Source: Phoronis australis (Eukaryota > Animalia > Phoronida). From it: a DNA stretch of 64,000 bases. This document shows positions 1 through 13,268 of this stretch, piece after piece. Positions within the stretch are counted from its first letter, which is position 1. Each line of letters opens with the position of its first letter. A program made the position numbers and the translations under genes. Location of the stretch: assembly GCA_002633005.1 (NCBI GenBank), contig NMRA01000772.1:92035-156034 (forward strand), in the 5' to 3' direction. Below the pieces are notes generated by a model that saw nothing but the letters and a program-made list of their open reading frames with translations, was not told where the DNA came from and ran no database searches.

Positions 1-162
1 CTTTCTTTACCTAACTTACCTCACCGCCAGTAACTCAGTGCTGTTCGGACTAGTAAAACGACAGGCCAGTCCAACACACAGAGCAGCAAAAGCACACCTT
101 CAGTTTCCGGGGCTCTGGAGCGCCACCTATTCAGATTTCTGAGTAACATTATGGATATCGAA

Positions 163-503
163 GCTGTGCGTGAACTTGGATTCGAATATATATTGGGCAA
201 TCAGGTGAAATATTTTTGTTCTGTGTAAAGAATTTTTGTAATTATTGGCCTTATAATCACTCATTTTCTCCTTTACCATAACTCGTGTCAAAGAATCGGA
301 GGAATTTGTGATTGGTTAAAACAGTTATTGTTTGGTGCTGAAATTTTACGTTATTTTATTAACATATAATTTGGTTCAGTGCAGTGCAAATTTTTATCCG
401 CGTGAACGTGATTATTTGAGTGAACTTGTCAAGTTTCCTCATGTATTCCAAGTTTATGCATAAGCGATCTTGAGATAAGCAAGATTCCAAGTTCACGCAC
501 AGC
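163..503. mobile_element. MITE-like element with about 21-bp terminal inverted repeats
   Basis: GCTGTGCGTGAACTTGGATTC at 163 and GATTCCAAGTTCACGCACAGC ending at 503; no clear TSD. Confidence 0.6.
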
Positions 504-1706
504 ATCATCACTATGAATGCCCGATGGTCATCATGATGATTTTGTTTCAGTGTCGTGACTCGAGCCGGCCTTTATGTGGTAGGCCCTTGTCTAATATACA
601 TGTATATGACGTGCTCATTTCAAACCTTGCAGTACATAAACAATAAAATGAAGTGTCGAAAATTCATTCCCCAGTTCACAATGAATAAATGAATATGTGA
701 AATGCACGGAACTTAATCCAATGAAAAGTGCATACTCAGTAGGGGTCAGTGCCGGGAAAAGGCAGTGAAAATCCACAAAATTTGACAAGTGACTTAACTT
801 GCAAAATGCAAAAAATTTGCGAATCCTTAAAATGCTATGAATTGGATGACCTGAGAAGAACTTTAACAAATCAATGAATTTGTAAAGTGAAAAGAATTAA
901 TTAGTAACTCAGCGTAAAATGCCGCAAGCATGGGTGAATCCGTAAAATGCAACGTCTTATTGAACATGTAAAAAGGGACAAATAAAATTAACCACTAATC
1001 TATATAATGGTACAAATTAATTAAGAATTTTTGAATGGATACTACGATTTTATGAGTGCAATGGATTAATGAATCCAAATAACTGATGCAACGAATTAAT
1101 GCCGGAATATGTAAGTAACTGCAATTAACTGTGAATCCCGTGCGATGAATTATTGAATCGTGATCATGTTACGAACAAGTGATTACGTAATATCGTGGAA
1201 ATTTATAAAAATATATAACATGCTTTTGGAAAATAGAAATATCGTAATTACGACAAATACGTGAGTAGTTGCTGGATTTTCGAAATAACCGGCTGTAACT
1301 GTGTATTGCATGCTTCAACATCATAGTTCCTGGAATTCCACTGATGTACAGTAGTCTGTACCCTGCATGTCTTTGTTTATTTTATTTGCATCCACTTCAA
1401 ACATGCACTGAGACTGTTTCATACATGACAGTGGAGACATAACTAGGCGAAATAGATCGGAGACTTCAGTCACAAGACAGCACCAAAATACCCCAGAAGC
1501 ATTGAAATTACTATGTATGTACTCACAGTACACAATGCCCTTCAATTAACTATTAGTAACATTTACACATGCAATCACTAATTGGTTATTCGTTTTATGT
1601 TATGTCAGTGTCTGTTTCATTAGATTTTGGCACCAGGATACTTTATACCTTTTTGGTATTAAATGGCTTAACGACAAGAAAGAGTTTCCAATATGCCAAA
1701 AAAGGC

Positions 1707-1957
1707 TCGCACACAGCTTAAAATATGGTTGGGTCTAATTTTTGGTGTGCGGACCTTTTACTGAAAAAAATCAACGAAGACCAAGAAAAAAACGTGGCCA
1801 CTAGGTTCAGGCCTACGGATTGTTCATCCCCGCCGAATTCCTGTGGGCTTTGTGGATTTTTGTCTCGTTTACTCGGACTGAAGCGGACCTTTTTGCCCAA
1901 ATTTGTCAAACTGGGGAGCTCGTTTGAGCCCCCGAGCCCCCCCCGGGTGCGTTCATG
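1707..1957. repeat. Interspersed MITE-like repeat, related copy at 45358-45616
   Basis: Shared blocks GGACCTTT, GTCTCGTTT(A/T)CTCGGACT, GCGGACCTTTTTGCCCA and the CCCCCGAG...CCGGGTGC..TCATG end. Confidence 0.55.
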
Positions 1958-4427
1958 CCAAGCAGTGAACAATAATTTGCCTACATGAAATTAAATTCTA
2001 TCTGAGGCAGAATGCTCGTCACACACAGAAGAGGATCAGACGTACTCGTTAAAATGTTGGTTCTATAATCGCAAAAAGTAACCCAAACACGCGATGATAA
2101 TAGGAAAACGTGGCAAAATCCAAAAGAATTTACCATCTCTCACTAAGTCTAGATCAAATATAAAATCGTACTTGTGTTCGATTCTGGTGAGAGCATTACA
2201 GCAAGTTAAAGTATATACCCTTACCATGGACTTAAAAGTGGCAATCCCAGGCAGTCTGCAAAAGTTGAACTCTGGTATTTTTAATGAACAGTTTGGTTGT
2301 GGTAAAAAGCCCATTTATTCCGTAAAATTTAAACGGACTAAACAGAAAGGAAAGATCAAAATTTTAAAAAAAACAACGCTTTACCAATGTTTACATATAT
2401 CTGAGATTAAAAAAAAATATTTAATAAGCTAGAGATGTCATTTAAAATCTTATTGTTGAAGAAAAAGAAGAATACCCTACTCTATATGAAACTTGAACCA
2501 ATCAGATTATCCACTCATAAAAATAAGCCCCTTAAGACAGAGCCAGAATATTCTCATTAACATCTAACTTGTGCAGTACAACCGTGTAATGTTGTTATAA
2601 CTTTGAATTTGTTTGAGTTTGTTTTGGTCCATTGATCTTCGTGTCATCACTCTAAAATCCTCGGCCATATGTTGCTGCCATTTTCAAATTAGCGTTGTTG
2701 TTACTAAGTTGTTTCTTTATTGAATACTGTCATGAAATCCATGTTCATTTTCAAATTACTTTTAAGGTAGCACGTAGCATAGTACTATTTAGCTAACAGA
2801 TTTCAGACAATAATTGTCTTTGTTAACTTGTTTTGTTTTATACGAGCAAGTCCCTTCCAGTATTCACACCATGTTTTGTTTATTTCTGTAGTAAACATGC
2901 TCACCTTCGGTTCATTCATATATAAAGCATTGCAAGAGACAAGATGATCATTAACACATGTGGCAGAAAAAGTGGTAGCTGCTTTCTGTATGACTTCGCA
3001 GGAGTGAGATATCGGTTAAAATACAACAGAATGAAAAAAAATGTTGAGCGTTACCTAAACAGGAACATCGGAGCTTACATGTACAATCACCAGCTGTGGT
3101 GATTGGTGCTGTCCTGTTCCCAGCATATTTCTATGTACTGGCTTTCGGGGACCCAAATGAGACTTAAAGTAAGTATGCGCAGAATTTGACTGCTCGAAGG
3201 CAAACACATTTCCTTTATATGTGCCGAATAATGTCTCACGCATTCTCTGTGCAAATTGTCATTAATAATGTCGTGAAGACGACTAACAAACAAAAAGTAT
3301 CTCATTTAATGCCATTAAAAGAGTGCGACTTCGTGGAAAAAAATAACCAGCCTTCTGAATTTCTACGGCACTCTAACTTTAAAATCCGATGTTTCACCAA
3401 AAAGGAGATTTTTCAAAAGTATTTTTGTATAAAACTAATTTTTACGGTTCTTGAGCTCAGCTGAAGAATATAAAAGGCATTGAAAACTAGATTTTATCAA
3501 CAAAAGTTTTATGCATAATATTTAAAAACAGCAAAAGTATATTATCTTACCTCGCTCACTTTTGACGGTTTGGTAGCAATCGTTTCGTGTTTCGGCTTCC
3601 ACTAACCGTTCGATGTTTTGACCGGGCCAACCGGGAATCATCCGACGATTAAGTCACCACTTGGAATTCATACAATAATTCCGTTGGTCCAATGTCCACA
3701 TTTGTGGACAGCTTAGCAACTGCCACCAACTTCAGGAAATTCTGCGATTGTTTTGTTTCTTGTCCTACTCACTATTATTCATTTACATGAATGACACAAG
3801 TGACCAAACTAAGCCAACTTACACATGCAAATACAGTATCATTACTCAAGTAAAATAGTTCGCAGTATATTATATACCTGTCAAAATATTATATCCACTG
3901 TTACGAAAGTAAAATCAAGTTCTAAACAGTGTACGAACGAAAGTAATTTTAAAATGTTTGAAATAAAAAACTAGGATATTTACTGACAATTTCTACAACT
4001 TTTGTATTCATACACCGCCTTCATATCAACTGGTCATTTTGTAAAATCATAAGTATTGGGTGTAGAAAAAAATTTCGATATTATGTAATACCCTGTTTCT
4101 TATACTGTTCTTGTTTTTTCTAACGAAAAGTCTTCAAATAGTTCATAAAAATAATTTATCTAGTGCACAGAATAATAGGCCTGGCAGCTAACGGCTTGTG
4201 GCTAGGTGTCAAGTTCCAATGTTTACTATTTCTACTACTAGTGACAACAGGGGGTTGGTAAGTTGATACTTTCTAGGTTATAAACAGAACCTGAGTATGA
4301 GGGTTGTACTCATGTAGCTGGAGACCAGGCGAGCTTTTCTCATGGATACTATGGACATTTTGTTTTATAATATCGTTGTCAACTTCGTGTGATTGAAAAT
4401 ATTCTCATTCATGTAACTGCTAAAAAT

Positions 4428-4752
4428 TCTGCCGCTCTGCCGCTCTGCCGCTCTGCCGCTCTGCCGCTCTGCCTCTGGTCTTGTGCCGTCTCCGCCACCG
4501 GGTGGCTGGTCTTGTGCCGTCTCCGCCACCGGTCTTCAGGGAGCTNGCTGGTCTGGTGCCGTTTCCAGGTTGCTGGTCTCCAGGTGGCTGGTCTTGTGCC
4601 GTCTCCGCCACCGGGTTGCTGGTCTTGTGCCGTCTCCGCCACCGGTCTTCAGGTTGCTGGTCTTGTGCAGTCTCCGCCACCGGTCTTCAGGTTGCTGGTC
4701 TTCTGCCGTCTCCGCCACCGGTCTTCAGGTTGTTGGTCTTCTGTCGTCTCCA
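4428..4752. repeat. Compound minisatellite: (CTGCCGCT)n followed by 30-40-bp units GCTGGTCTTGTGCCGTCTCCGCCACCGGTCTTCAGGTT
   Basis: Tandem units are directly visible, with an n at 4546. This explains the repetitive ORFs in several frames. Confidence 0.92.
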
Positions 4753-4818
4753 CTGGGAATCGAACCACTGCCCTTCAGATTGCTGGTCTTCTGATGTATC
4801 CACTGAGCCACTGAGGAC
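4744..4818 (-). pseudogene. tRNA-derived SINE head / degenerate tRNA
   Basis: The minus strand has A box TGGCTCAGTGG, B box GGTTCGATTCC and an imperfect acceptor stem GTCCTCA/TGGAGAC. The D and anticodon stems are broken. Confidence 0.6.
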
Positions 4819-6943
4819 TCGATATCTGTGGAATTTCTTTTTGCATCCGTCTGTTGTGTCATACATCCTACGAGCGACGTTTCTCCTTTTTGCTCAATAT
4901 TTGGCCAATTATTTAATCAGCATTTTAGAAGATTACTGAGACTAGCAATATATAGACCTGTGGATCTACTCCCAGTTGGGGTTTCCGATTTTCCTGAGTT
5001 TATTTGATACATTTCACTATTGGCCAACCTTAGCGTAAAAAATATGTTACTTTTTTACCATAGTATCACAAGAATAGCATTTCTTTTAAAGATCGTCACA
5101 AGCAGTTGCTTGTAAGAAATTTGCACATGTTGAACAGGGTGCCGGGCTAGAATTTGTGATGACTGTGTCCATATAGGCTACTCACAACCATAAACAGTTT
5201 TCAGCGTTTTTTGGACTTCAACTTTAGCTCGTAAACCGTTATTGTAAAGAATAAGCAATTGTGAACATAGTCTGTTGCGTCACCGGCGTCAGTATTCAGC
5301 GATTGTTGCCGGGACATTGATAGGTAAATGAGCTTGTGCTGGCCGGGTGCATTCAAATGTTCGACCTGGATGCGGCAGTCGAGAGCCAGTCGTGACACAG
5401 TGTAGACGTGTCTAAAAGCTGTTTAGAGAAAATGGAACATTTGTGTCGACAGTGAAGTCTTGTGACATTCAGCGGACAAAGTGAGGACTGCAAGACGATG
5501 GTGTTTTAAGTCGGATGCTAAGAGGAAGGCACTGACCACAAGTGCACTGTGCACGAACTGTTGAAATCTCAAGCTGGCTCAGTAATATTAGTTTGGGTGC
5601 CACATGGAGAGTGGTCGACCCAGTTATCAAACTTATTAGCGTTTGTGTGTAAACGTTTGTTATTTTCAGAAGCTTCATTAAATATTGTTTCTTTTAAACT
5701 AAATTTTTTTCTGCTCAATTGTCTGTGGCAGCTTGGCCTGGCCCGCCTACGTGGCTTACGATCCTATGGCCGCGCTGACCTTTGCACCTATTGAATAAAT
5801 AATATGACACTTTATAAAATTTATAGATGGCTCCAGGTACTTGAAAAGTTTCGAAGTTGAAAGTTGAATCGTTTGAGTCACATGGTGAATGAAAATGTCC
5901 TAATTTCAGCGGAAAAATGCACCCCATTCTTGCACCAAAGGCCTGAAACTTTAGAATTTAACTCAATTACATGTTAGTGTACCAATCAAACGCTTGAATT
6001 TGAAGTGTCTAGCTCAAAATCTGATTGAACCACCGGATTGCTTAGAAAAGTAATGCCTTTGATCTGCCTGTAGAATTACACCTGTACAGGGATATTGAAA
6101 AGTATTCCTTGAAAAATGTAGGAGAAATAACATTTTGAAAATTAGATGTCCTTTGCACCTATTGACCTCTTCCTATGCATAATGAGTTAATATTATAGTA
6201 TATTTTATAAAAAATATAATAAAAAAATTATGAAAACCCGGAATAACCTACGCCTAGACTAAATATTAAAATTATTCACTTACATTCTAACTTCACAAGA
6301 ACAACAACTCTATGAAATAAATAAACAGGCTTTATTTTCATCTAAAACAATAAAGTAGAAAATTCAAAAGCAAAAAAAGTACAAATTATTTAAAATAACT
6401 GGACCAAAATACCAAATATCACATGATAAAATAAAGCCCTAAAGCAAACGTGAATTACAAAGTATTTTGAAGACCAAACAAATCAAGTATGGTAAACATC
6501 ATTAAGCATGGAGATCACTGGTTCATAACAGGAAGTAGTTTTGAAGTGAACATGTCAGACTTTATTCTCAAAACTTCCTTCAATTCCACACATCATATAT
6601 ATATATTGCCCGGATCTTATAATATAAAAGTAAAACATGAAATTATCCAAAGTAGTAATTGTATCTCCACGTCTTAATGTCCATTTCCCAGAATCAGAAA
6701 AATTGTTGAAGGACCTTCTGCTGTTGGCAAGAGGGAAAACTACTGCGATGATAAATTCCGCCTCTGCCCTGCTGTCATGACAGGGAATTCTGGGACATTT
6801 GTCTGAATACTTTTGGCTTGTACTGTATGTTCTCCATTCAAGAGACCACGTAGCAAGAAGCTTCAAACTGGTGTTGTACTTCATCTACAGATGCTTGGTT
6901 TCCTTCCAAACTGTTGAGTGTTCACTGAACAATATGCAGCGCA

Positions 6944-6994
6944 TCACTTGTCAATGAGGGTTCCCTTCACCCGGATCTTTTTAGCTTCCTCACT
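6944..6994 (-). CDS. STEEP1: STEEP1 coding exon 6 (terminal)
   Basis: [16 protein letters not shown]; tttcag acceptor, TGA stop; minus-strand AATAAA at 6331-6336. Confidence 0.9.
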   Translation of the reverse strand, partial: SEEAKKIRVKGTLIDK

Positions 6995-9900
6995 CTGAAA
7001 GAAATAGACTAGCTTTAGCAAGACACAGGGACTTGGTTTATACAAAGCGAGGAAACCCGTGCCTGTGATTTTAGGGGAAGGAGTACAAACTCCACTTTAA
7101 GAAGAAGAACCAGTGAAGATCTAAAACCATACGATCACCACTTGATGATTTATTATAACTTCAAGTGCCACCATGCAATTTGTATATGACTTTAAGAACA
7201 ATTTTCAACATTTTTTTTGAAAACTCACTCATGGTGTTTGTGTGCAGATGGCCTGTTCTAAACTGTTTTCAAAAATAACCTGGTTTAAAGTTTACAAATC
7301 TTGTTGTGAACAGTTGAAAACCGGATCTAAAAGTCACAACTGTTTACCGTAATACAGTTATAACCCTCTGGGAGGATGGTTAACCAAGCATTTGGAAATG
7401 TTTTAACCAGAAGTGAACTGTCAGCACAGTTGTATAAGTTATAACCCTTTGTATATATGAAAGGAATTCAATGGCATTGACATCTAGCGATTAAAACAAG
7501 GAATTTTCGTTTTAACTGTTACAACTCATCGTGTGAACAGCAGCAATTAAATACAAGTAAGTGTCGTAAGTGTGGAAAAGTTCTAATCTAGTTTAGTTGG
7601 TCTGAACACAACATACGCGAACGCTTGACAGGTGGCGCTAGTTAAGAGAACTAGCTTCAGGTCAAAGAAACGTTCACACTACTCTTCACAAGGTGTTGGA
7701 TTAGCTAATGCTCTTGACCATCTCACACACGCCTCACACCTCTCTAGATACATGGCCCTCACTGCCCAACCTCAGTGCTCGTGCAAACCACACGTGAATA
7801 ACGCCTCAAACTAATACAAATACCTCTTCTTCTATTTTCCTCTTCAGTAACCCTTTCCTCAACATCTGTTTTTCAATCACCTTGGCATTAGCCGCATACG
7901 AGTCGGCAATCTCTTTCTGAAAGCAAGCCGTAATATATCAATTATTACCCCAAGGGTTTGTGTGTGCGTGCGTGTGTATGAGTATGAGAATGCGTGCCTG
8001 CTTTGGTGCACGTTTTGATGCATGTGTGTGTGCGATAACAGCTGATTTGCAGCAATAACATTTGGTTTGCAGGACAATAGTAATTTCTTAAGGGCAAAAG
8101 GTTAATGTAATGACCGACCACGAGGGGACGTTTTACAGCAGAATCTTACCTAATTTAGGACACACTACAGGCGCCATCTGAAATTCTATTTTCTAATTTT
8201 TCACATAAAATATAGATCATCATATTTACACTTTACCATGTTCAAGATTTGTTTGATATCTACCAGCATGCAAAGTTTTGAAAAATTCTGGGCACTCACA
8301 ACTATTAAGTAAGAAGATCAGAAGCAATGAGAAAGAGGCTAAATCTGCAATTTTTATCATTTTTGGCCAAAATTGGTGAGATTTTACAATGAGTATTAAA
8401 AGTTCCTGAATTTTGAAATAAAAAAACATCATAAAAAAAGAAAATGAACAAGTAGGTTTACCAATATTTGAACTGTTTCAATCATTCCAAGACACAGAGT
8501 GGCATGAGGTGCTGAGGGACCATTCACAAATATCGCCATTTTCATGAGTGTGCAAAACTTTGTTTAACAAGATTTAATAGATGTTCTCTAAAAATCAAAT
8601 ATTCCTGGAATTGTTTTGAAAATGACAGTTAAAATTCAACACATCTCGTCTGCTCATTTTAATAGTCCAGGTCATCTTTGGCTCATCAACGATGGGGAAA
8701 GAAAAAGGAGACGATAAAATCAGTGAAAAGTTACTTCAACGTAAACGTGTCTTCATTTACAAGGGTTGCTACAAAACTCGCATCAACTCCATCGTCGCAG
8801 GAAGGGAGCACGAGAGGAACAAGCGCACTCCAAATGGAAACATTCAAAGGGGGCAAACATTTCATTTAAGAAGTGTCAGGTGTCACTTCAAGCTGCCCTT
8901 GAACGGATGTTTATTATTTTAGATGTGTCGGGCTATCCAGATGATCTCAACTATACTTTTAAGTAAAAGCAACATAGGATAACACCATACAAAACTTGAA
9001 ATTTTGGTTTATAAGGGCAACGACAGAGATTTTTTTGTCATGACCCAAGAACTTAACTGTAAAAATGAAGGCTTCACAACACTGAGCCGAATTCTCGAGC
9101 AAAAAAGCCTCAACAGAAAATTCAAAGCACACCACTGTAACAAACCAAAAACAAGAAATTACAACAAGTTTCCTGTAAAACACTTCATGCTGATGCTTCT
9201 CCAAATGCGAAACCAGGTTTTACTACTCATCATGGAGCATTTAATTCAGATAACATTCAAAACAATATCCAAGTGAATATTTTGTTTAGGGAAGATTTTG
9301 GAAAGACTATATGCCCCCCTCAACCAAGAGATAAAGCAAGAATATAAACCTGAATAAGCCTGGATACCTACCGCTTCTAACTCGTCCTCCTCATCTTCTA
9401 TGGTTGACACGGTGACAGAGCTGAACTTGCCCATCTCTTTTGTGTGTTTCTTAACCATCACCTGCATGATAACACACACACACATGTATGACAAATGTCT
9501 GTATCACCGTTGTACCTTTATGACGTTACGATACAAAACCCATTCAACACAAAACAGGCAGAATACATTGCAAATACACAGCTGATACAAAGGTAATTGA
9601 TCGTGAGCATTACAGGTTCGGTGTGTCATCAGTGACCCATTGGACACAGAGTGTGACAACTACATTATTACCACCATCGCGTTTTTCTTGCAAGACACAA
9701 ATTTACAAGCATACTCGGGTTGAAGTTGAATGCAAAGCAAACTTAATGGTAGCTTAAGATTATGTAGGACCCTCGAAAAATGGCAAAATTTGGCAAATTG
9801 TAGAACACCGTGTCTTAGAAAGGCCACTTATATACACCGTGCTCTGTGCATTGTATTCTAAATACGTTGTAAGCAATTATTTTTAAAACTTTCCACTTTT

Positions 9901-12900
9901 GCATCAGGGGCTATCAAAAATAGGCCTTTTATGATTTTTTGAAAAAACTCCAAATTGACATCAAATGAAAATGAAATAATTTCGAAAACTGTAACAGCGT
10001 TTTTGAGATGTCATGTCATGTGTCAGGTGTCGTGTCCTACGACAAAGATATGACACATGTATTCAAAGAACACATACCTTCTTTGGTTCAGCTATTTGAC
10101 TGTAAACATTGGTCTGCATGTGACCTTCACCTTGTTTCTTCAGAGAACCAGCGACAATAAAAGTCACAGAGGCACCTTTTTCCTGGTGCTGGTAAAACAA
10201 CCATAGTCCACATTTCTTGCACTTTTTGCGATACTGACGCTCAATACCCTTAAGTCTGTAATCAAAGTATGTTACAGTGCTAACATAAACTGAATGGTTT
10301 AACATCATTATAGAATGTTTCTTTAAGTTCCACACACTATTCTAAGTTGGTCTTTCTAGCATCTAGAATTGAAATAATTATTGGTATTACGGTGTGTACA
10401 ACGATCAACCAAATTGAATAACATTTTAATAATTTACAAAAAGTCTTTACACAAGAAACAATATTTATTTGAATTGATGTTATGTTTTGTAACACAATAT
10501 CAAACGCCACACAATGAAAGATTTTTGTGTAGTCGCCAACGATCATTTTAGAAAAATGTGGGTATGGGCCAGTTAACCCACACGACCTCGAGTCTATGGG
10601 CCAATTTGGAGGACCTATGGAGCATGGTAGTCTTTTGTCTTTGTTTGCTTCAATTTTAATGGGCCTGTTGACCAAGCTAAGCAATCACAGTGCATCAATG
10701 AAAGTAATCCTGTGCCAATGGCACAGCGTACGGCCCTTAAATTATCCCTGAGCTACATAAAAGTGACAACGTATCATATATGTATACATATAAGTTGTGA
10801 AACTTCAACTGGTAATCAGTGGCAACTGAGCAATACCTTTTTAAATGTATGGTTTCATCAACATCACAGGTGAGTTTGTGGGCATGCTTTTGTCTGTCAA
10901 TCACTCTTGCATTGTCCCGCCTTCTTAAGGGAAGTTTCTCCAGTGGGCAATCTAAAATGCAAATGTTAAAGGTATGCTTATTTAGTCTGGACAACATCTT
11001 CAACATACAACACAGGTCTCAAAGTGCATGGTGGTAAAAAAATGTCATCTTAATTCATGTTTAGGTATCAAGAAGCAAGGGATAGGACTGAATGAGGCAA
11101 ACACTCCTATATACTTAAAGATGTTGAGGAGCTTTGCAAACATGGCGAAACTGTGCATCAATGAGTATAAAATTTGTTTTCACAGCTGCAAATCTGACTA
11201 GGATAAGCTGATAAAAGTGCCTGTGCTGTACTGTGGCACTATTGCTACCAATAGTACCAATGAAGTCGGAATACCTGCTGACAAACATGTAGTAATTGCT
11301 GAGATTACAAGACCCAGGAGTCCAACCAGCGACCCTGAGTGACTAACAGAGGCTCATATGATTCACAGGAAGCACGTATACAAAATCCGGCAGCCTACGG
11401 AACAGGCGCGTGACCAGGAAGGTGAACTGTGAACATGAGATTGTCTCGCATACAGGTCATCAATTTCCCTTGGCATGTTTACCACCACAACCATAGGCGG
11501 ATTTAGCGGGGGCCCGGGCTCCCCACCTTGACTGCCACAAAAAAAACAGCAAGAGCGTAGGGAAGTGTTGAGTTTATTAATTAACCCCGGTAATTAAAAT
11601 TATACGGCTGAAACAAGATTTAAATGTGTGCAGTTTTAGTGTTTGGGGGGTGGGCTCAGATCCAATTTCAAGTGTCAAATTTGGAACACGGCGCAATCCT
11701 AACAGAATTATGGCTAAGTAGGCCTATAGGCTCTCCTGCGATATCTCAGGCGACCGGCAGTGGCGCTGGGCACNGAGCAATACCTTTTTAAATGTATGGT
11801 TTCATCAACATCACAGGTGAGTTTGTGGGCATGCTTTTGTCTGTCAATCACTCTTGCATTGTCCCGCCTTCTTAAGGGAAGTTTCTCCAGTGGGCAATCT
11901 AAAATGCAAATGTTAAAGGTATGCTTATTTAGTCTGGACAACATCTTCAACATACAACACAGGTCTCAAAGTGCATGGTGGTAAAAAAATCTCATCTTAA
12001 TTCATGTTTAGGTATCAAGAAGCAAGGGATAGGACTGAATGAGGCAAACACTCCTATATACTTAAAGATGTTGAGGAGCTTTGCAAACATGGCGAAACTG
12101 TGCATCAATGAGTATAAAATTTGTTTTCACAGCTGCAAATCTGACTAGGATAAGCTGATAAAAGTGCCTGTGCTGTACTGTGGCACAGCACAGCACTATT
12201 GCTACCAATAGTACCAATGAAGTCGGAACACCTGCAGACAAACATGTAGTAATTGCTGAGATTACAAGACCCACGAATCCAACCAGTGACCCTGAGTGAC
12301 TAACAGAGGCTCATATGATTCACAGGAAGCACGTTTACAACATCCGGAAGCCTACGGAACAGGGGCATGACCAGGAAGGTGAACTGTGAACATGAGATTG
12401 TCTCGCATACAGGTCATCAACTTCCCTTGGCAAGTTTAACACCACCACAACCATAGGGGCCTGGGCTCCCCCCCTTGACTGCCGCAAAAAAAAAATAAAA
12501 CAGCAAGAGCGTAGGGAAATGTTGAATTTATTGATTAACCCCGTTAATTAAAATTATACGGATGAAACAACATTTAAATGTGTGCAGTTTTAGTGTTTGG
12601 GAGGTGGGCTCAGATCCAATTTCAAGTGTCAAATTTGGAACACGGCGCAATCGTAACACAATTATGGCTAAGTAGGCCTATCGCCTATAGGCTCTCCTGC
12701 AATATCTCAGGTGACCGGCAGTGGCGCTGGGCACTATGACTCCGTTTCTGTCGTCTGCTCCACTGTGCAATGACGAAAATTACTTCATTTTTTAATGAAA
12801 TAGGAATCTTTGTGATGATGAAAAAACAGAAGCTGCTGGTAAGATGTCAATTGTAATCGAAGCCTTAGTGAATCACTCAGTCAGAAACTCATAATTCTCT

Positions 12901-13268
12901 CTTTCATAATGGGAGTATTTGTTCGAGTTGGAAGGAATTAAACTCATCGACAACCTCCTAAGGTGTTCCTCTATGCGCAAAAGGTATTTATAACAACGTG
13001 ACTTTGATGGTTTAGTCGGTGCGAGGCATAATTCGCCGAAAAGCTTCCGGTGTACAGACAGCCTATAGCTGCATCGCCTCTGGTTCGGGCCAACAGAGGC
13101 GATGGTCATTGCCTAATAGGTATCCGGACTATACAACAAACATTTACCTAGAATTAGCGACATTTGGCCACACAGACAATAGTAGACATACAAAGGCTTT
13201 TCTCCTTGGTATTCCTCTTGATCTTTCGTGTCTGTACAGACGACACTTCGAGAGACAACCTTCGGCAT
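6944..13268 (-). CDS. STEEP1: STING ER exit protein 1 (CXorf56/UPF0428) homolog, 215 aa; join of 13148-13268, 10837-10951 (identical copy at 11784-11898), 10078-10255, 9372-9461, 7824-7916, 6944-6994
   Basis: Spliced translation [59 protein letters not shown]...[15 protein letters not shown]...[40 protein letters not shown]...KGTLIDK* matches human CXorf56 as I recall it along its length. All introns are GT-AG and the 648 nt total is in frame. Confidence 0.95.
7824..7916 (-). CDS. STEEP1: STEEP1 coding exon 5
   Basis: [31 protein letters not shown]; tttcag acceptor, gtattt donor. Confidence 0.92.
9372..9461 (-). CDS. STEEP1: STEEP1 coding exon 4
   Basis: [30 protein letters not shown]; tgcag acceptor, gtaggt donor. 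Confidence 0.92.
10078..10255 (-). CDS. STEEP1: STEEP1 coding exon 3
   Basis: [22 protein letters not shown]...[12 protein letters not shown]; tacag acceptor, gtatgt donor. Confidence 0.92.
10837..10951 (-). CDS. STEEP1: STEEP1 coding exon 2, copy A
   Basis: [39 protein letters not shown]; 115 nt, phase 1 to 2. Confidence 0.85.
11784..11898 (-). CDS. STEEP1: STEEP1 coding exon 2, copy B (in duplicated segment)
   Basis: Identical to 10837-10951; ttttag acceptor, AG|gtatt donor; lies next to the n at 11774. Confidence 0.6.
13148..13268 (-). CDS. STEEP1: STEEP1 coding exon 1
   Basis: ATG CCG AAG GTT ([11 protein letters not shown]...[10 protein letters not shown]); donor G|gtaaat. Confidence 0.93.

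Larger units (their letters stand above)
10828..12734. repeat. Tandem duplication of about 950 bp (10828-11773 and 11775-12734) joined by one n; probably uncollapsed haplotypes
   Basis: The two copies are near identical, with scattered SNPs and small indels, and the junction is exactly at n11774. Confidence 0.9.

Noticed and set aside
4428-4760. CRISPR-like appearance of the regular repeats here and at 38349-38536 and 43739-43868
   Set aside because: No unique spacers, eukaryotic context and no cas genes
4389-4939. Several 60-152 aa repetitive ORFs on both strands
   Set aside because: They are translations of the GC-rich minisatellite
5469-5678. CTCGQC motif recalling the P2X7-tail-like Cys domain of some transposons
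   Set aside because: The downstream conserved motifs were not found; too short to support
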